From the NCBI GenBank assembly GCA_947581645.1, contig CANPVF010000159.1:2904-66903 (forward strand): 64,000 nt of DNA. The letters run 5' to 3'. The first letter of the stretch is position 1. Each line of letters opens with the position of its first letter. The stretch comes from Candidatus Caribbeanibacter nitroreducens. Lineage in GTDB: Bacteria; Gemmatimonadota; Gemmatimonadetes; Palauibacterales; Palauibacteraceae. The notes under the pieces were generated by a model. It ran no database searches and was not told the origin of the DNA. It saw only the letters and a list, made by a program, of their open reading frames with translations. This document shows, one piece after another, positions 36,940-45,480 of this stretch. The position numbers and the translations under genes were made by a program.

Positions 36940-38154
36940 TCACTCCCTCTCTTCCGCGTTCGTTTCGCCCCTCTCGGGCGAGCTCTCGCCGCCGCCCTGG
37001 TCCGCCACCGGCAGCTCCCGTCCCTTCTTCTTTTCCCGCATGCGCTGCACGCCCGTGGCGATCGCGTGCGCGCCCACACCGGCGGCCGCCCCCACGGCCA
37101 GCCCGAGGCCGATCTCGTCGGCCGTACGCTCGACGCCGAACCCGGCCACGCCGGGCAGCCTCTCGTAGAAGGGGGTCATGGAGTCCCAGAAGTAGGGCTC
37201 GGTGCACCCGATGCACGGGTGGCCGGCGCCGATGGGCCAGTCCGTGCCGGAGTTCCACTGGAAGATCGGGCATGGGGAGAACGTCGCCGGCCCCTTGCAG
37301 CCCACCTCGTACAGGCACCAGCCCCGCCGCGCGCCCTCGTCGTCGAACTCCTGCACGAACTGCCCGGCGTCGTAGTTGGCCCGCTTCGGGCACTGGTCGT
37401 GGATGCGGGCGCCGTAGGCGAAGAGCGGCCGCCCCTCGCCGTCCAGGTCCGGCATGCTCCCGAAGGTGAGGTAGTGCACCAGGGTGGCGGTGACGGTGTC
37501 CGCGATGGGCGGACAGCCCGCGAGGTTCACCACCGGCCTGTCCGTGACGATCTCGTCCGTCCGGACCGCACCGGTGGGATTCGGATCGGCGGCCTGGACG
37601 CTGCCGTAGTGGGCGCAGGCGCCCACCGCGATCACGCCGGCGGCGCCCTCGGCCGCCTCCACCAGAACGTCGTGGGCGGTGCGTCCCCCCATCGTGGTGT
37701 AGACGCCGCCCTCGTTCATGGGCACCGAACCGGTGACAACGAGCAGGTACTCGCCCCGCTTCTCCTCCATGGTCTGCTGCAGGACTTCCTCGGCCCGATG
37801 TCCGGCCGCCGCCATCAGCGTGTGCTGGTAGTCCAGCGACACCTTGTTCAGGATCAGGTCGCCGATGGTCGGCGACTCCGACCGGAGGACGCTCTCCACG
37901 CAGCCCGTGCACTCCTGCAGCTGCAGCCAGATGACGCTGGGCCGCTGCTGCTCGGAGAGGGACTGCATGATCGCGGGACCCATGGCGCTCCCGACCCCGA
38001 GGATCACGCCCATCTCTCCGCAGTAGGTCAGGAATTCCCGGCGGTTGATGCCCTGGCGCTCCAGGTTCTCGCCCAGGGTCTCGTCGTTCTTCCACGCGAA
38101 CTCGTTGGGGACGAACATCGCTGCCTCCCGGAATGATGGACGCTCCGGCGACAT
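36940..38154 (-). CDS. hupS: [NiFe]-hydrogenase small subunit (Tat-exported, C-terminal membrane anchor)
   Basis: Twin-arginine motif NRREFLTYCG, proximal-cluster motif QECTGCVES (CTGC, standard type), distal HxxC...C cluster, C-terminal TM helix GLGLAVGAAAGVGAHAIATGV. Confidence 0.9.
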   Translation of the reverse strand: MSPERPSFREAAMFVPNEFAWKNDETLGENLERQGINRREFLTYCGEMGVILGVGSAMGPAIMQSLSEQQRPSVIWLQLQECTGCVESVLRSESPTIGDLILNKVSLDYQHTLMAAAGHRAEEVLQQTMEEKRGEYLLVVTGSVPMNEGGVYTTMGGRTAHDVLVEAAEGAAGVIAVGACAHYGSVQAADPNPTGAVRTDEIVTDRPVVNLAGCPPIADTVTATLVHYLTFGSMPDLDGEGRPLFAYGARIHDQCPKRANYDAGQFVQEFDDEGARRGWCLYEVGCKGPATFSPCPIFQWNSGTDWPIGAGHPCIGCTEPYFWDSMTPFYERLPGVAGFGVERTADEIGLGLAVGAAAGVGAHAIATGVQRMREKKKGRELPVADQGGGESSPERGETNAEERE

Positions 38155-38483
38155 GCGCCGGTCGGAGAGGCCGGGGCCGGTCCGCGGGCTGCCACCCTCT
38201 CAAGCTCGCTTGGGAAGCTAGAGTCCGCGATAGGAGGCGTCTGTCGGGGCCCGCCCGGAGAGGAATGTGGGAGATTCCGCCGCGACGGTGTGGGGAGGCT
38301 CCCCGCGCCGGCCGAAAGGCACCGACGGCCGGTCGGGCGGCAGGCGACCTCCTCCCGCCGAGCGAACCGTGCGTTCGGATCCCTCCGGACGGGAGTGGCG
38401 CCGCTGGCGTGGGAAATCTCCCTACAGCAGGAGAGCGACAGCTCCCTCGCGCGCGGGACCTCGAAGCCCCCTATCCGGTTACA

Positions 38484-38503
38484 TGTCATCTGATTGGATG
38501 ACA
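38484..38503. promoter_or_regulatory. perfect inverted repeat TGTCATC-N6-GATGACA in the divergent hydrogenase/cytochrome promoter region
   Basis: acaTGTCATCtgattgGATGACAgta sits ~330 nt upstream of hupS and ~210 nt upstream of the first cytochrome gene. 7-bp perfect arms. AT-richer than the surroundings. Confidence 0.35.
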
Positions 38504-38712
38504 GTATCCGGCGGGCAACCATCCCCCGCCCACGGGACAGGCGGGTTGATCGAGGAAAAAGGGCTTGATTAGCTTGTGGGCGGTCAATGTTCTGGGCCGC
38601 GTCCGTCACAGGATGCTGACGCCCTGGGAACGGGGAGTCCGGCGTCTCCTGCGGGAGAGCGCTCGGTGGGGACGGACTGCCGTGAGACGGGAAACAGACG
38701 AAGGAGTGGGCC

Positions 38713-40293
38713 ATGACGACGGAGAGCGGGAAACGGATCCGTAGAGCCCTTCTTCTCCTGCCGGTCGCCGCAGCACTCGCGCTGACCGGGTGCGTGGACG
38801 AGAAGGTCGTCTTCCAGGAGCGTCCCCTCTTCGAGCAGCCCGCCAGCGCGGCCGAGGGCTTCCTGGGCTACAGCCAGCAGGACGCCAAGCTCACGGTCTG
38901 CGGCAACTGCCACGTCGGCACCCAGAACGCCTGGGAGGAGTCGGGCCACGCCGCCGCCTGGGAGGGGCTGCAGAGCAGTGGGGGCGCCCAGGACTTCTGC
39001 GAGGGCTGCCACACGGTGAACGAGCGGGGCAACTCCTTCGAGGGCGACGCCGGCTTCGCGGCCATGGGCTCCGACCGCTACCACGACGTCCAGTGCGAGT
39101 CGTGCCACGGCCCGGGCCAGACCCACGTCGAGAACCCCGACGGAAACCAGCCCCTGGCCAGCATCCAGGCCGGGGTGGACCTGGAGACCGGATGCGGTGA
39201 GTGCCACTCCGGCGCCCACCATCCCTTCACCAACCAGTGGGCCCAGTCCGCCCACGGCATCGCCTCGGTGAAGGACCGGCCGTACGTGAGCGGCTCCTGC
39301 CTGGACTGCCACGAGGGCGAGGCCGCCATGCAGAACACGTTCGGCGAGACGGCCAACTTCGTCGGCAAGGACGACGACCAGCGCTCGTCCATCACCTGCG
39401 CCGTCTGCCACGATCCCCACGGCTCCGAGAACGCCGCTCAGCTCCGCGCCCCGGTGGACGTGGCCAGCGAGGAGCATCTCTGTGTGCGGTGCCACTCGCA
39501 GCGGGGCACGCCCGGACTGACGCAGCCCAACCTGCACGGCCCCCACGGCTACCAGGGCAACCTGGTGCTGGGCGAGGACATCGGGTGGATCCCGCCCAAC
39601 GCGGACCTCAGCGGCACCTTCGCCTCCACCCACGGTACCGAGGGCAACCCGGAGCTGTGCGCCACCTGCCACGTGGCACAGCGGACCATCACCGACGAGG
39701 AGGGCGACTTCCAGGTGGAGGCCGTGGGCCACACCTTCGAGGCCACCCCCTGCCTGGACGACCAGGGCCTGCCGCGTGAGAACTGCACCATCCAGGAGCA
39801 GAACTTCGAGGCCTGCGCCACCAGCGGGTGTCACGGCAACGCCGAGACGGCCCGGAACCTGTTCGTCACGTCGAAGAACGGAATCAACGACCTGCTGGAT
39901 CAGCTCTGGACGGACACCGACGACGATCACAACCTGGAGACCACCGACGACGGACTGCTGCCCCAGGTTCTGGCCGCGCAGGGCGAGGGCGAGATCAACC
40001 CGGCCGACAGCACGTTCACCACGGCCGAGGGCGCGCTGTGGAACGCCCAGGTGGCGCACACCCAGGACCGGCTGTACTGGGGCGACTTCACCGTCGGCTC
40101 GAACCCGACCCACTTCGGGGCCCACAAGGGCAGCGGCGACGGCGTCCACAACCCGTTCCTGCTGGAAGCCCTGCTCAGGGCCTCCATCGACGCGGTGGAG
40201 AACGAGTACGGCGTGACCGCCAGCGCCACCGTCCAGCGCTTCTCCACACCTCCGCCCGGGATCGACGTCAACCTCAGCAGCGGCTCCGAGTAA
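38713..40293 (+). CDS. lipoprotein multihaem cytochrome c (~9 haems)
   Basis: Lipobox LALTGC. CGNCH, CEGCH, CESCH, CGECH, CLDCH, CAVCH, CVRCH, CATCH plus CATSGCH (CxxxxCH). Confidence 0.85.
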   Translation: MTTESGKRIRRALLLLPVAAALALTGCVDEKVVFQERPLFEQPASAAEGFLGYSQQDAKLTVCGNCHVGTQNAWEESGHAAAWEGLQSSGGAQDFCEGCHTVNERGNSFEGDAGFAAMGSDRYHDVQCESCHGPGQTHVENPDGNQPLASIQAGVDLETGCGECHSGAHHPFTNQWAQSAHGIASVKDRPYVSGSCLDCHEGEAAMQNTFGETANFVGKDDDQRSSITCAVCHDPHGSENAAQLRAPVDVASEEHLCVRCHSQRGTPGLTQPNLHGPHGYQGNLVLGEDIGWIPPNADLSGTFASTHGTEGNPELCATCHVAQRTITDEEGDFQVEAVGHTFEATPCLDDQGLPRENCTIQEQNFEACATSGCHGNAETARNLFVTSKNGINDLLDQLWTDTDDDHNLETTDDGLLPQVLAAQGEGEINPADSTFTTAEGALWNAQVAHTQDRLYWGDFTVGSNPTHFGAHKGSGDGVHNPFLLEALLRASIDAVENEYGVTASATVQRFSTPPPGIDVNLSSGSE

Positions 40294-40318
40294 CGGCACG
40301 GGAGCGGGAATCGGTGAC

Positions 40319-41062
40319 GTGCGCGGTTCCGCCACCGGGAGCGCGCTCCTCCCGATCCTGACGGCCCTGGCCGCGGTGGCCCTCCACCCCGGGATCGCCG
40401 CGGCGCAGGAGGCGGAGGCCGGCGCCGGCGACACGACGTTCGTCGCCGACGGGGACACGGTACCCTTCCGGCACGCCGAGCACACGGAGGTGGCGTGCAC
40501 CGACTGCCACTCCACGGAGGAGGGGCACGGGACGCTCACGGTCACGTCGATCCGCGGCTGCCGCTCCTGCCACCACTCCGGGTCCACCGCGGAGCCCTGC
40601 ACCGACTGCCACGAGCGTTCGGAGCTCCGCGCGGCGGGGTCGTATCCCGTCACCAGCGACCTGGTGATGTCGGTGGACACGGTCCGCGGACGCGATCTCC
40701 CCTTCGATCACGCCTCCCACGAGGATCTCGAGTGCGCGGAGTGCCACTCGGACGGAACCGAGCTGTCGGCCGGCTCCGTCCGGTGCGCCGAGTGCCACGA
40801 GGAGCACCACGGCGCCGAAGTGCGATGCGTCTCCTGTCACCGGGAAGCACCGGAGGAGACCCACACCCTGGCCGTCCACGCCACGTGCTCGGGGAGCGGC
40901 TGCCACGAGGCCGCGACCCTGCCGGTCACGACCAGGACCATGGCGCGTAGCCCGCGGAACGTCTGTCTCACCTGCCACCAGGACCAGGTAGACCACCGTC
41001 CCGGGGAGCGGTGCGCCCGCTGTCACCTCCTCCCGGAGGGAGAGGGAGGCGGTACGCCGTGA
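40319..41062 (+). CDS. periplasmic multihaem cytochrome c (~9 haems)
   Basis: Signal peptide (ALLPILTALAAVALHPGIAAAQE). CTDCH, CRSCH, CTDCH, CAECH, CAECH, CVSCH, CLTCH, CARCH plus CSGSGCH. Confidence 0.8.
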   Translation: MRGSATGSALLPILTALAAVALHPGIAAAQEAEAGAGDTTFVADGDTVPFRHAEHTEVACTDCHSTEEGHGTLTVTSIRGCRSCHHSGSTAEPCTDCHERSELRAAGSYPVTSDLVMSVDTVRGRDLPFDHASHEDLECAECHSDGTELSAGSVRCAECHEEHHGAEVRCVSCHREAPEETHTLAVHATCSGSGCHEAATLPVTTRTMARSPRNVCLTCHQDQVDHRPGERCARCHLLPEGEGGGTP

Positions 41063-42537
41063 CCCGCACGCCGCACATCCCACGGCGCCGGTGGCTCCTG
41101 TCCCTGGGCGTTGGGTTCCTGGCGCTGGCCCTGCTGCCGGGGGCGGTCCCGGCCCAGGACTTCCGCGGACACGCCTGGGCCACGGCCCGCACGGTGGAGG
41201 TCCGCCCCATCGCCCAGGACACGGTGGCCCGGAGCCAGGTCACGGAGCTGCCCGGCGGCGGGTTGGCCTACCAGGGTCGGCCGGTGACGTGCAGGGGCGA
41301 CGAGTGCACCTTCTACCGCTCGTCCCCCTCCGAGCACGCGCTGCACACGACCCAGGACCTCCGCTTCACCGCCTGGGGCTTCGGCCTGGAGGGCCTGTCC
41401 GCCACGGTGCACGTCCGGGGCCGGCAGGACGTGGGCGGCGACTTCACCTGGCCCCGGAGCGACGACCCCTTCGACGCCATCGTCGCTTACGCGCAGTACA
41501 ACCGGCCCGATCTGCGCGTACGGCTGGGGCGCCAGCGGACCCGGTCGGGCCTGGGCTTCGCCAGCTACGACGGGGCCAGCGTGTTGGCCGAGCCCCTGGA
41601 CGGCCTGTCGCTGGAGGCCTACGGCGGCCGGAGCCTGGCCCGCGGCCTGCACGATCCGCGGAACGAGGCCCTGGAGGGCGTGGAGGACTTCCTGCCGGAC
41701 CGTGACGCCTGGCTCCTGGGCGCCGCGGCCACCGTGGAGGGAGGGGCCGGGAGCTCGCTCACGGCCCGGTATCAGAGGGAGATCTTCTCCAACCGTGCCG
41801 CGCTGCTCTCCGAGCGGGCCTCGGTCGACGGCCGCACCTCCGTCCTGGCGCCGGTGCGCCTCACGGGCTCGATGGACTACGACTTCGCGCGGGGAGAGAT
41901 CGGCAAGTCGCACCTGTCGGCGGAGCTCCCGGTGACGGACGACCTGGTCCTGGAAGCCCGCGGTCGCCGCTACATGCCCTACTTCGAGCTGTGGACCATC
42001 TGGGGCCTGTTCAGCCCGGTGGCCTATCACGAGGGGCGGCTCGGCGCATCGTGGTCGGCCACCTCCGACCTCGGTCTGCAGGTGAGCGGGGGCGCCCGGA
42101 GCTACGAGGACACCCACACCGACCCGATCCTGGGCCCGGTGGAGGACGACGCGTGGTTCGCCTCCGCCTCCGGCCGCTGGTCGCCGGCGTCGGACCTGCG
42201 CCTCCACGGCCGCTACCGGGTGGAGCGCGGCGCCGGGGCCTTCCTCAGCTCCGGAGAGCTGGGCGGTCGGTGGCGAGCCTCCGACCTGCTGGCGCTGCGC
42301 CTGGACCTGACGGCGAGCCAGCAGATCGAGGAGTTCCGGATCGGCGAAGGCATGCTGGCCGGCGGCACGGCATCCGTTGAGCTCCGTCCGCTGGACGGTG
42401 TGCGGCTGGACACGGGCGTCTCCGTGTACCGCCAGTACTTCGACAACCGCCCCAGCGCCGTCGACTGGAATCAGCTCCGCGGGTGGAGCACCCTGCGCCT
42501 GGACCTGGGCGGCGACCCCGCGCTGGAGGGGCGCTGA
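41059..42537 (+). CDS. predicted outer-membrane beta-barrel protein (porin-cytochrome conduit candidate)
   Basis: GTG start overlapping the previous stop (GTGA). Signal peptide (RRRWLLSLGVGFLALALLPGAVPAQD). ~490 aa of alternating amphipathic beta-strands rich in Gly/Arg/aromatics with Y/F/W at strand ends. Terminal residues are ...DPALEGR rather than the classic C-terminal aromatic. Confidence 0.6.
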   Translation: MTRTPHIPRRRWLLSLGVGFLALALLPGAVPAQDFRGHAWATARTVEVRPIAQDTVARSQVTELPGGGLAYQGRPVTCRGDECTFYRSSPSEHALHTTQDLRFTAWGFGLEGLSATVHVRGRQDVGGDFTWPRSDDPFDAIVAYAQYNRPDLRVRLGRQRTRSGLGFASYDGASVLAEPLDGLSLEAYGGRSLARGLHDPRNEALEGVEDFLPDRDAWLLGAAATVEGGAGSSLTARYQREIFSNRAALLSERASVDGRTSVLAPVRLTGSMDYDFARGEIGKSHLSAELPVTDDLVLEARGRRYMPYFELWTIWGLFSPVAYHEGRLGASWSATSDLGLQVSGGARSYEDTHTDPILGPVEDDAWFASASGRWSPASDLRLHGRYRVERGAGAFLSSGELGGRWRASDLLALRLDLTASQQIEEFRIGEGMLAGGTASVELRPLDGVRLDTGVSVYRQYFDNRPSAVDWNQLRGWSTLRLDLGGDPALEGR

Positions 42538-42540
42538 CCG

Positions 42541-44286
42541 GTGGAGACCCGCGCCCGGACCTCCGTCCGCGTCACCGCCCTCGCGCTCGCGCTGGGGGTC
42601 GTCGCCCTGGCCGGCGCGGTGGCGTACGCCGGGAGCGACGCGGCCTCCGCGGCGGCACTCGCGGACCCCGCGCCGACGCCGTCGACGGCGCGCGGCGGAG
42701 GGGCGGAACCGGCCGCCGCCGACACCTCGGAGGGCTTCCCGCACGAGGAGCACGCGGGACTGTTCGCCCTGTGCACGGGGTGCCACGGGGGAATCGGCCG
42801 CGGCGACACGGCCTCCTTCTACCCGGAGCCGGAGTCCTGCGCCAACTGCCACGACGGGGAGCAGGAGGAACGGGTGGAGTGGGCGGGGCCGGAGCGCCGG
42901 GTCAGCGGGCTCACCTACGACCACGGTGAGCACGCCGCCGAGCTGGAGCGGGAGGGCGAGGAGCCGGCCGCCTGCGAGTCGTGCCACACGCCGGCCGGCG
43001 CGACGCGCATGGCGGTGGCCCGGCGGGCCGTACCGGAGCGGTGCCTGAGCTGTCACGAGCACGAGGCCCGGGACCACTACGTGGACGCCAGCTGCGCCAC
43101 CTGCCACCGGCCGCTGGCCGAGACAGGCTTCGGCCGTGCTCGCATCGCTTCCCTGCCCGAGCCGGACGACCACGACCGTAGCGCCTTCCTGGCCGAGGCC
43201 CACGGCGAGTCGGCGGAGCGCACGGTGACCACCTGCCAGACCTGCCATACGCAGGAGCGCTGCACCAGCTGCCACGTGGAGGGTTCGGAGCGGGAGGCGG
43301 TGGCCTCGATGCCCGTCGCGCCGGCCGGGATGGAGCTTCCCGACCTCGCCGCCCGCTACCCGACGCCGGAGACCCACGAGTCGGAGGGCTGGCTGGACGC
43401 GCACGGCGAGCGGGCCCGCCCCGGTGAGTGCTCCACCTGCCACACGCGCCAGAGCTGCACGACCTGTCACCGCGACGTTCCCTCTTCCGCCGTGGCCCGG
43501 CTGCCGGACGCCGGGGAGACGGACGCGCCGGGCGTCGAGGTGCACCGCCGCGCCCCGGCGTCCCACCGCTCGCTCGACTTCCCGACGGACCACGGCGACC
43601 TGGCGGCCGCCGATCCGGGGAGCTGCACGTCCTGCCACACGGAGGCCACCTGCACCGACTGCCACGCGGGGGGCGTGGCCGGCGCCGGTGACGCGGCGGG
43701 ACGGCGGAGCTCGCCGGCGGTGGGCTCGCCCGCCAGCGCGGGCGGGGTCGGGGGAGGCCCGTCCCCCGGGGGGTGGACGGGCGGTCCGGCCGTCCCTGCC
43801 CGGGACACCACTCATGCCGACACCACCGTCGCGGACACGAGCTCCGACGGAGACGCGACGGCCACGCCGTGGCCCGGCGCCACCCCGCGGAGCGAGCCCG
43901 GCGGCTTCCACCCCGAGAACTTCATGGCGCGGCACGCCTCCGCCGCGTACGGGAACCGCATGGAGTGCTCGACGTGCCACAGCACGGGAGCCTTCTGCCG
44001 GGAGTGCCACCAGCAGACCGGCATGGGCAGCAGCGGCCGCATCGGACCGGGCTTCCATGACGCCCAGCCCCTCTGGCTGCTGCGCCACGGACAGGCGGCG
44101 CGCCAGTCGCTCGAGAGCTGCGCCAGCTGCCATCGCCAGAGAGACTGCATCCAGTGCCATTCCATCACGGGAGCATTCAGCGTGAGCCCCCACGGACCGG
44201 AGTTCGACGCCCAGCAGTACGCCGACCGGAACCGGCAGGTGTGCCTCGCCTGCCACCTCTCGGATCCCCTGGGAGGTGGCTCGTGA
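42541..44286 (+). CDS. multihaem cytochrome c (16 CxxCH)
   Basis: Signal peptide. 16 canonical CxxCH in two blocks separated by an ~80-aa Gly/Ala/Ser/Thr low-complexity linker. Confidence 0.85.
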   Translation: METRARTSVRVTALALALGVVALAGAVAYAGSDAASAAALADPAPTPSTARGGGAEPAAADTSEGFPHEEHAGLFALCTGCHGGIGRGDTASFYPEPESCANCHDGEQEERVEWAGPERRVSGLTYDHGEHAAELEREGEEPAACESCHTPAGATRMAVARRAVPERCLSCHEHEARDHYVDASCATCHRPLAETGFGRARIASLPEPDDHDRSAFLAEAHGESAERTVTTCQTCHTQERCTSCHVEGSEREAVASMPVAPAGMELPDLAARYPTPETHESEGWLDAHGERARPGECSTCHTRQSCTTCHRDVPSSAVARLPDAGETDAPGVEVHRRAPASHRSLDFPTDHGDLAAADPGSCTSCHTEATCTDCHAGGVAGAGDAAGRRSSPAVGSPASAGGVGGGPSPGGWTGGPAVPARDTTHADTTVADTSSDGDATATPWPGATPRSEPGGFHPENFMARHASAAYGNRMECSTCHSTGAFCRECHQQTGMGSSGRIGPGFHDAQPLWLLRHGQAARQSLESCASCHRQRDCIQCHSITGAFSVSPHGPEFDAQQYADRNRQVCLACHLSDPLGGGS

Positions 44287-44288
44287 CG

Positions 44289-44846
44289 ATGGACCGCGTG
44301 CGACAGTCCCCCGGCGGACGGCCGCGGCTCGCCGCCGTGACCGCGGTCCTCCTGGTGGCCCTCCTCCCGGTCGTCGCGGGATGCGGCGGAGAGGGCGGAG
44401 GGGCCGGCGACGGGAGCGGCGAGAGCCGCTTCTCCATCGGCGGGCGCGGGCTCAACGAGGCCGTGGACAGCGTACGCTCCTCCCGGCGCCGGCCCCCGAC
44501 CGGAGGGATGGGCGCCGGGAGCGGCGCCTCCCAACGCTCGAGCCTGCCGCCGGAGATCCAGTCCGCCCTGGACAGCGGCAACGTGGCCTACCGGGCCGGG
44601 AACTACCGCGCGGCCCTTGAGCAGTTCGAGTCGCTGGCCGAGGAGCATCCCGACGTCCGGGCCGCCTGGTTCGGGGTCTTCATGGCCCACCGGGCCCTGG
44701 GGAACACCGCCGCCGCCGACAGCGCCATGCGGCGAGCCGGCATGGGCTCCTCCGACGCCACGGAGCTGCACGGATCGGCGGCCGACAGCGGGACCAGCAC
44801 CGCCCCGCATCCTCCCATGACCGACACCACGGACTCGCCGATCTGA
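44289..44846 (+). CDS. TPR-like lipoprotein
   Basis: Start overlaps the previous stop. Lipobox VVAGCGGEG. YRAGNYRAALEQFESLAEEHPDVRAAWFGVFMAHRALGN is a TPR-like helix pair. Confidence 0.6.
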   Translation: MDRVRQSPGGRPRLAAVTAVLLVALLPVVAGCGGEGGGAGDGSGESRFSIGGRGLNEAVDSVRSSRRRPPTGGMGAGSGASQRSSLPPEIQSALDSGNVAYRAGNYRAALEQFESLAEEHPDVRAAWFGVFMAHRALGNTAAADSAMRRAGMGSSDATELHGSAADSGTSTAPHPPMTDTTDSPI

Positions 44847-45081
44847 CGTCCCCGTCGGGTGCGCGTCCCGACGGCCCTTCCCGCCCGGCCCGCCCTCCGC
44901 GTGGGAAGTCTCCCCACATCGGACCTCCCCGATTCCCGCCGAGACCGATCCCGCTGCTCCCGACAGATCCCCGGGCCCCTCGGCCCTACGTTCCCGACGG
45001 AATTTCGGCCCGGCAGCGTCCTCCTCGGCGGCACGGACGCCGCCGGGCCGCGCTGCGGACCATCCGGAACGGACGCTCTCC

Positions 45082-45480
45082 ATGAACGCACGACCAGACG
45101 CGGCACCGGGCGGCGGGGCCGATTTCACGGCCCCGGAGGAGTCCCGTGAGCCCGGAGCCGCGGAGGACAGCTACCTGGCCCGGCTCCTGGCGGCCGAGTC
45201 CCGGCTGGAGGCCTCGCTCGCCGAGGAGCGTCGCCGCGCCGATGCCATGATCGAGAGCGCCCGGGAGCAGGCCCGGGCCGTCCGCCGGGACGGGGCCGCC
45301 CGGCTCGAAGAGGAGCTCGTGGAGATGCGGTCGCGGGTCCGGGACGAGCACCGGGAGGCCGTCGAGGAGATCCGGCGCCGCGCAGAGCGACGGGCGCGCC
45401 GCTACCGCGAGACCACGGACGAGACGGTGGAGAAGCTGGCCCGGGCCGTGGCCGAGAGGCTCGTGGGGGACCCGCCGTGA
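45082..45480 (+). CDS. V/A-type ATPase peripheral-stalk subunit (G/H-like)
   Basis: 132-aa charged coiled-coil protein at the first position of a G-I-K-E-C-F-A-B-D operon. 4-bp overlap with the subunit I gene. Confidence 0.5.
   Translation: MNARPDAAPGGGADFTAPEESREPGAAEDSYLARLLAAESRLEASLAEERRRADAMIESAREQARAVRRDGAARLEEELVEMRSRVRDEHREAVEEIRRRAERRARRYRETTDETVEKLARAVAERLVGDPP

Noticed and set aside
38520-38620. FNR/CRP-type (TTGAT-N4-ATCAA / TGTGA-N6-TCACA) or sigma-54 (TGGCAC-N5-TTGC) sites upstream of the hydrogenase operon
   Set aside because: TTGAT and TGTG...CACA fragments occur but with wrong spacing. No GG-N10-GC element in the proper orientation was found by eye.
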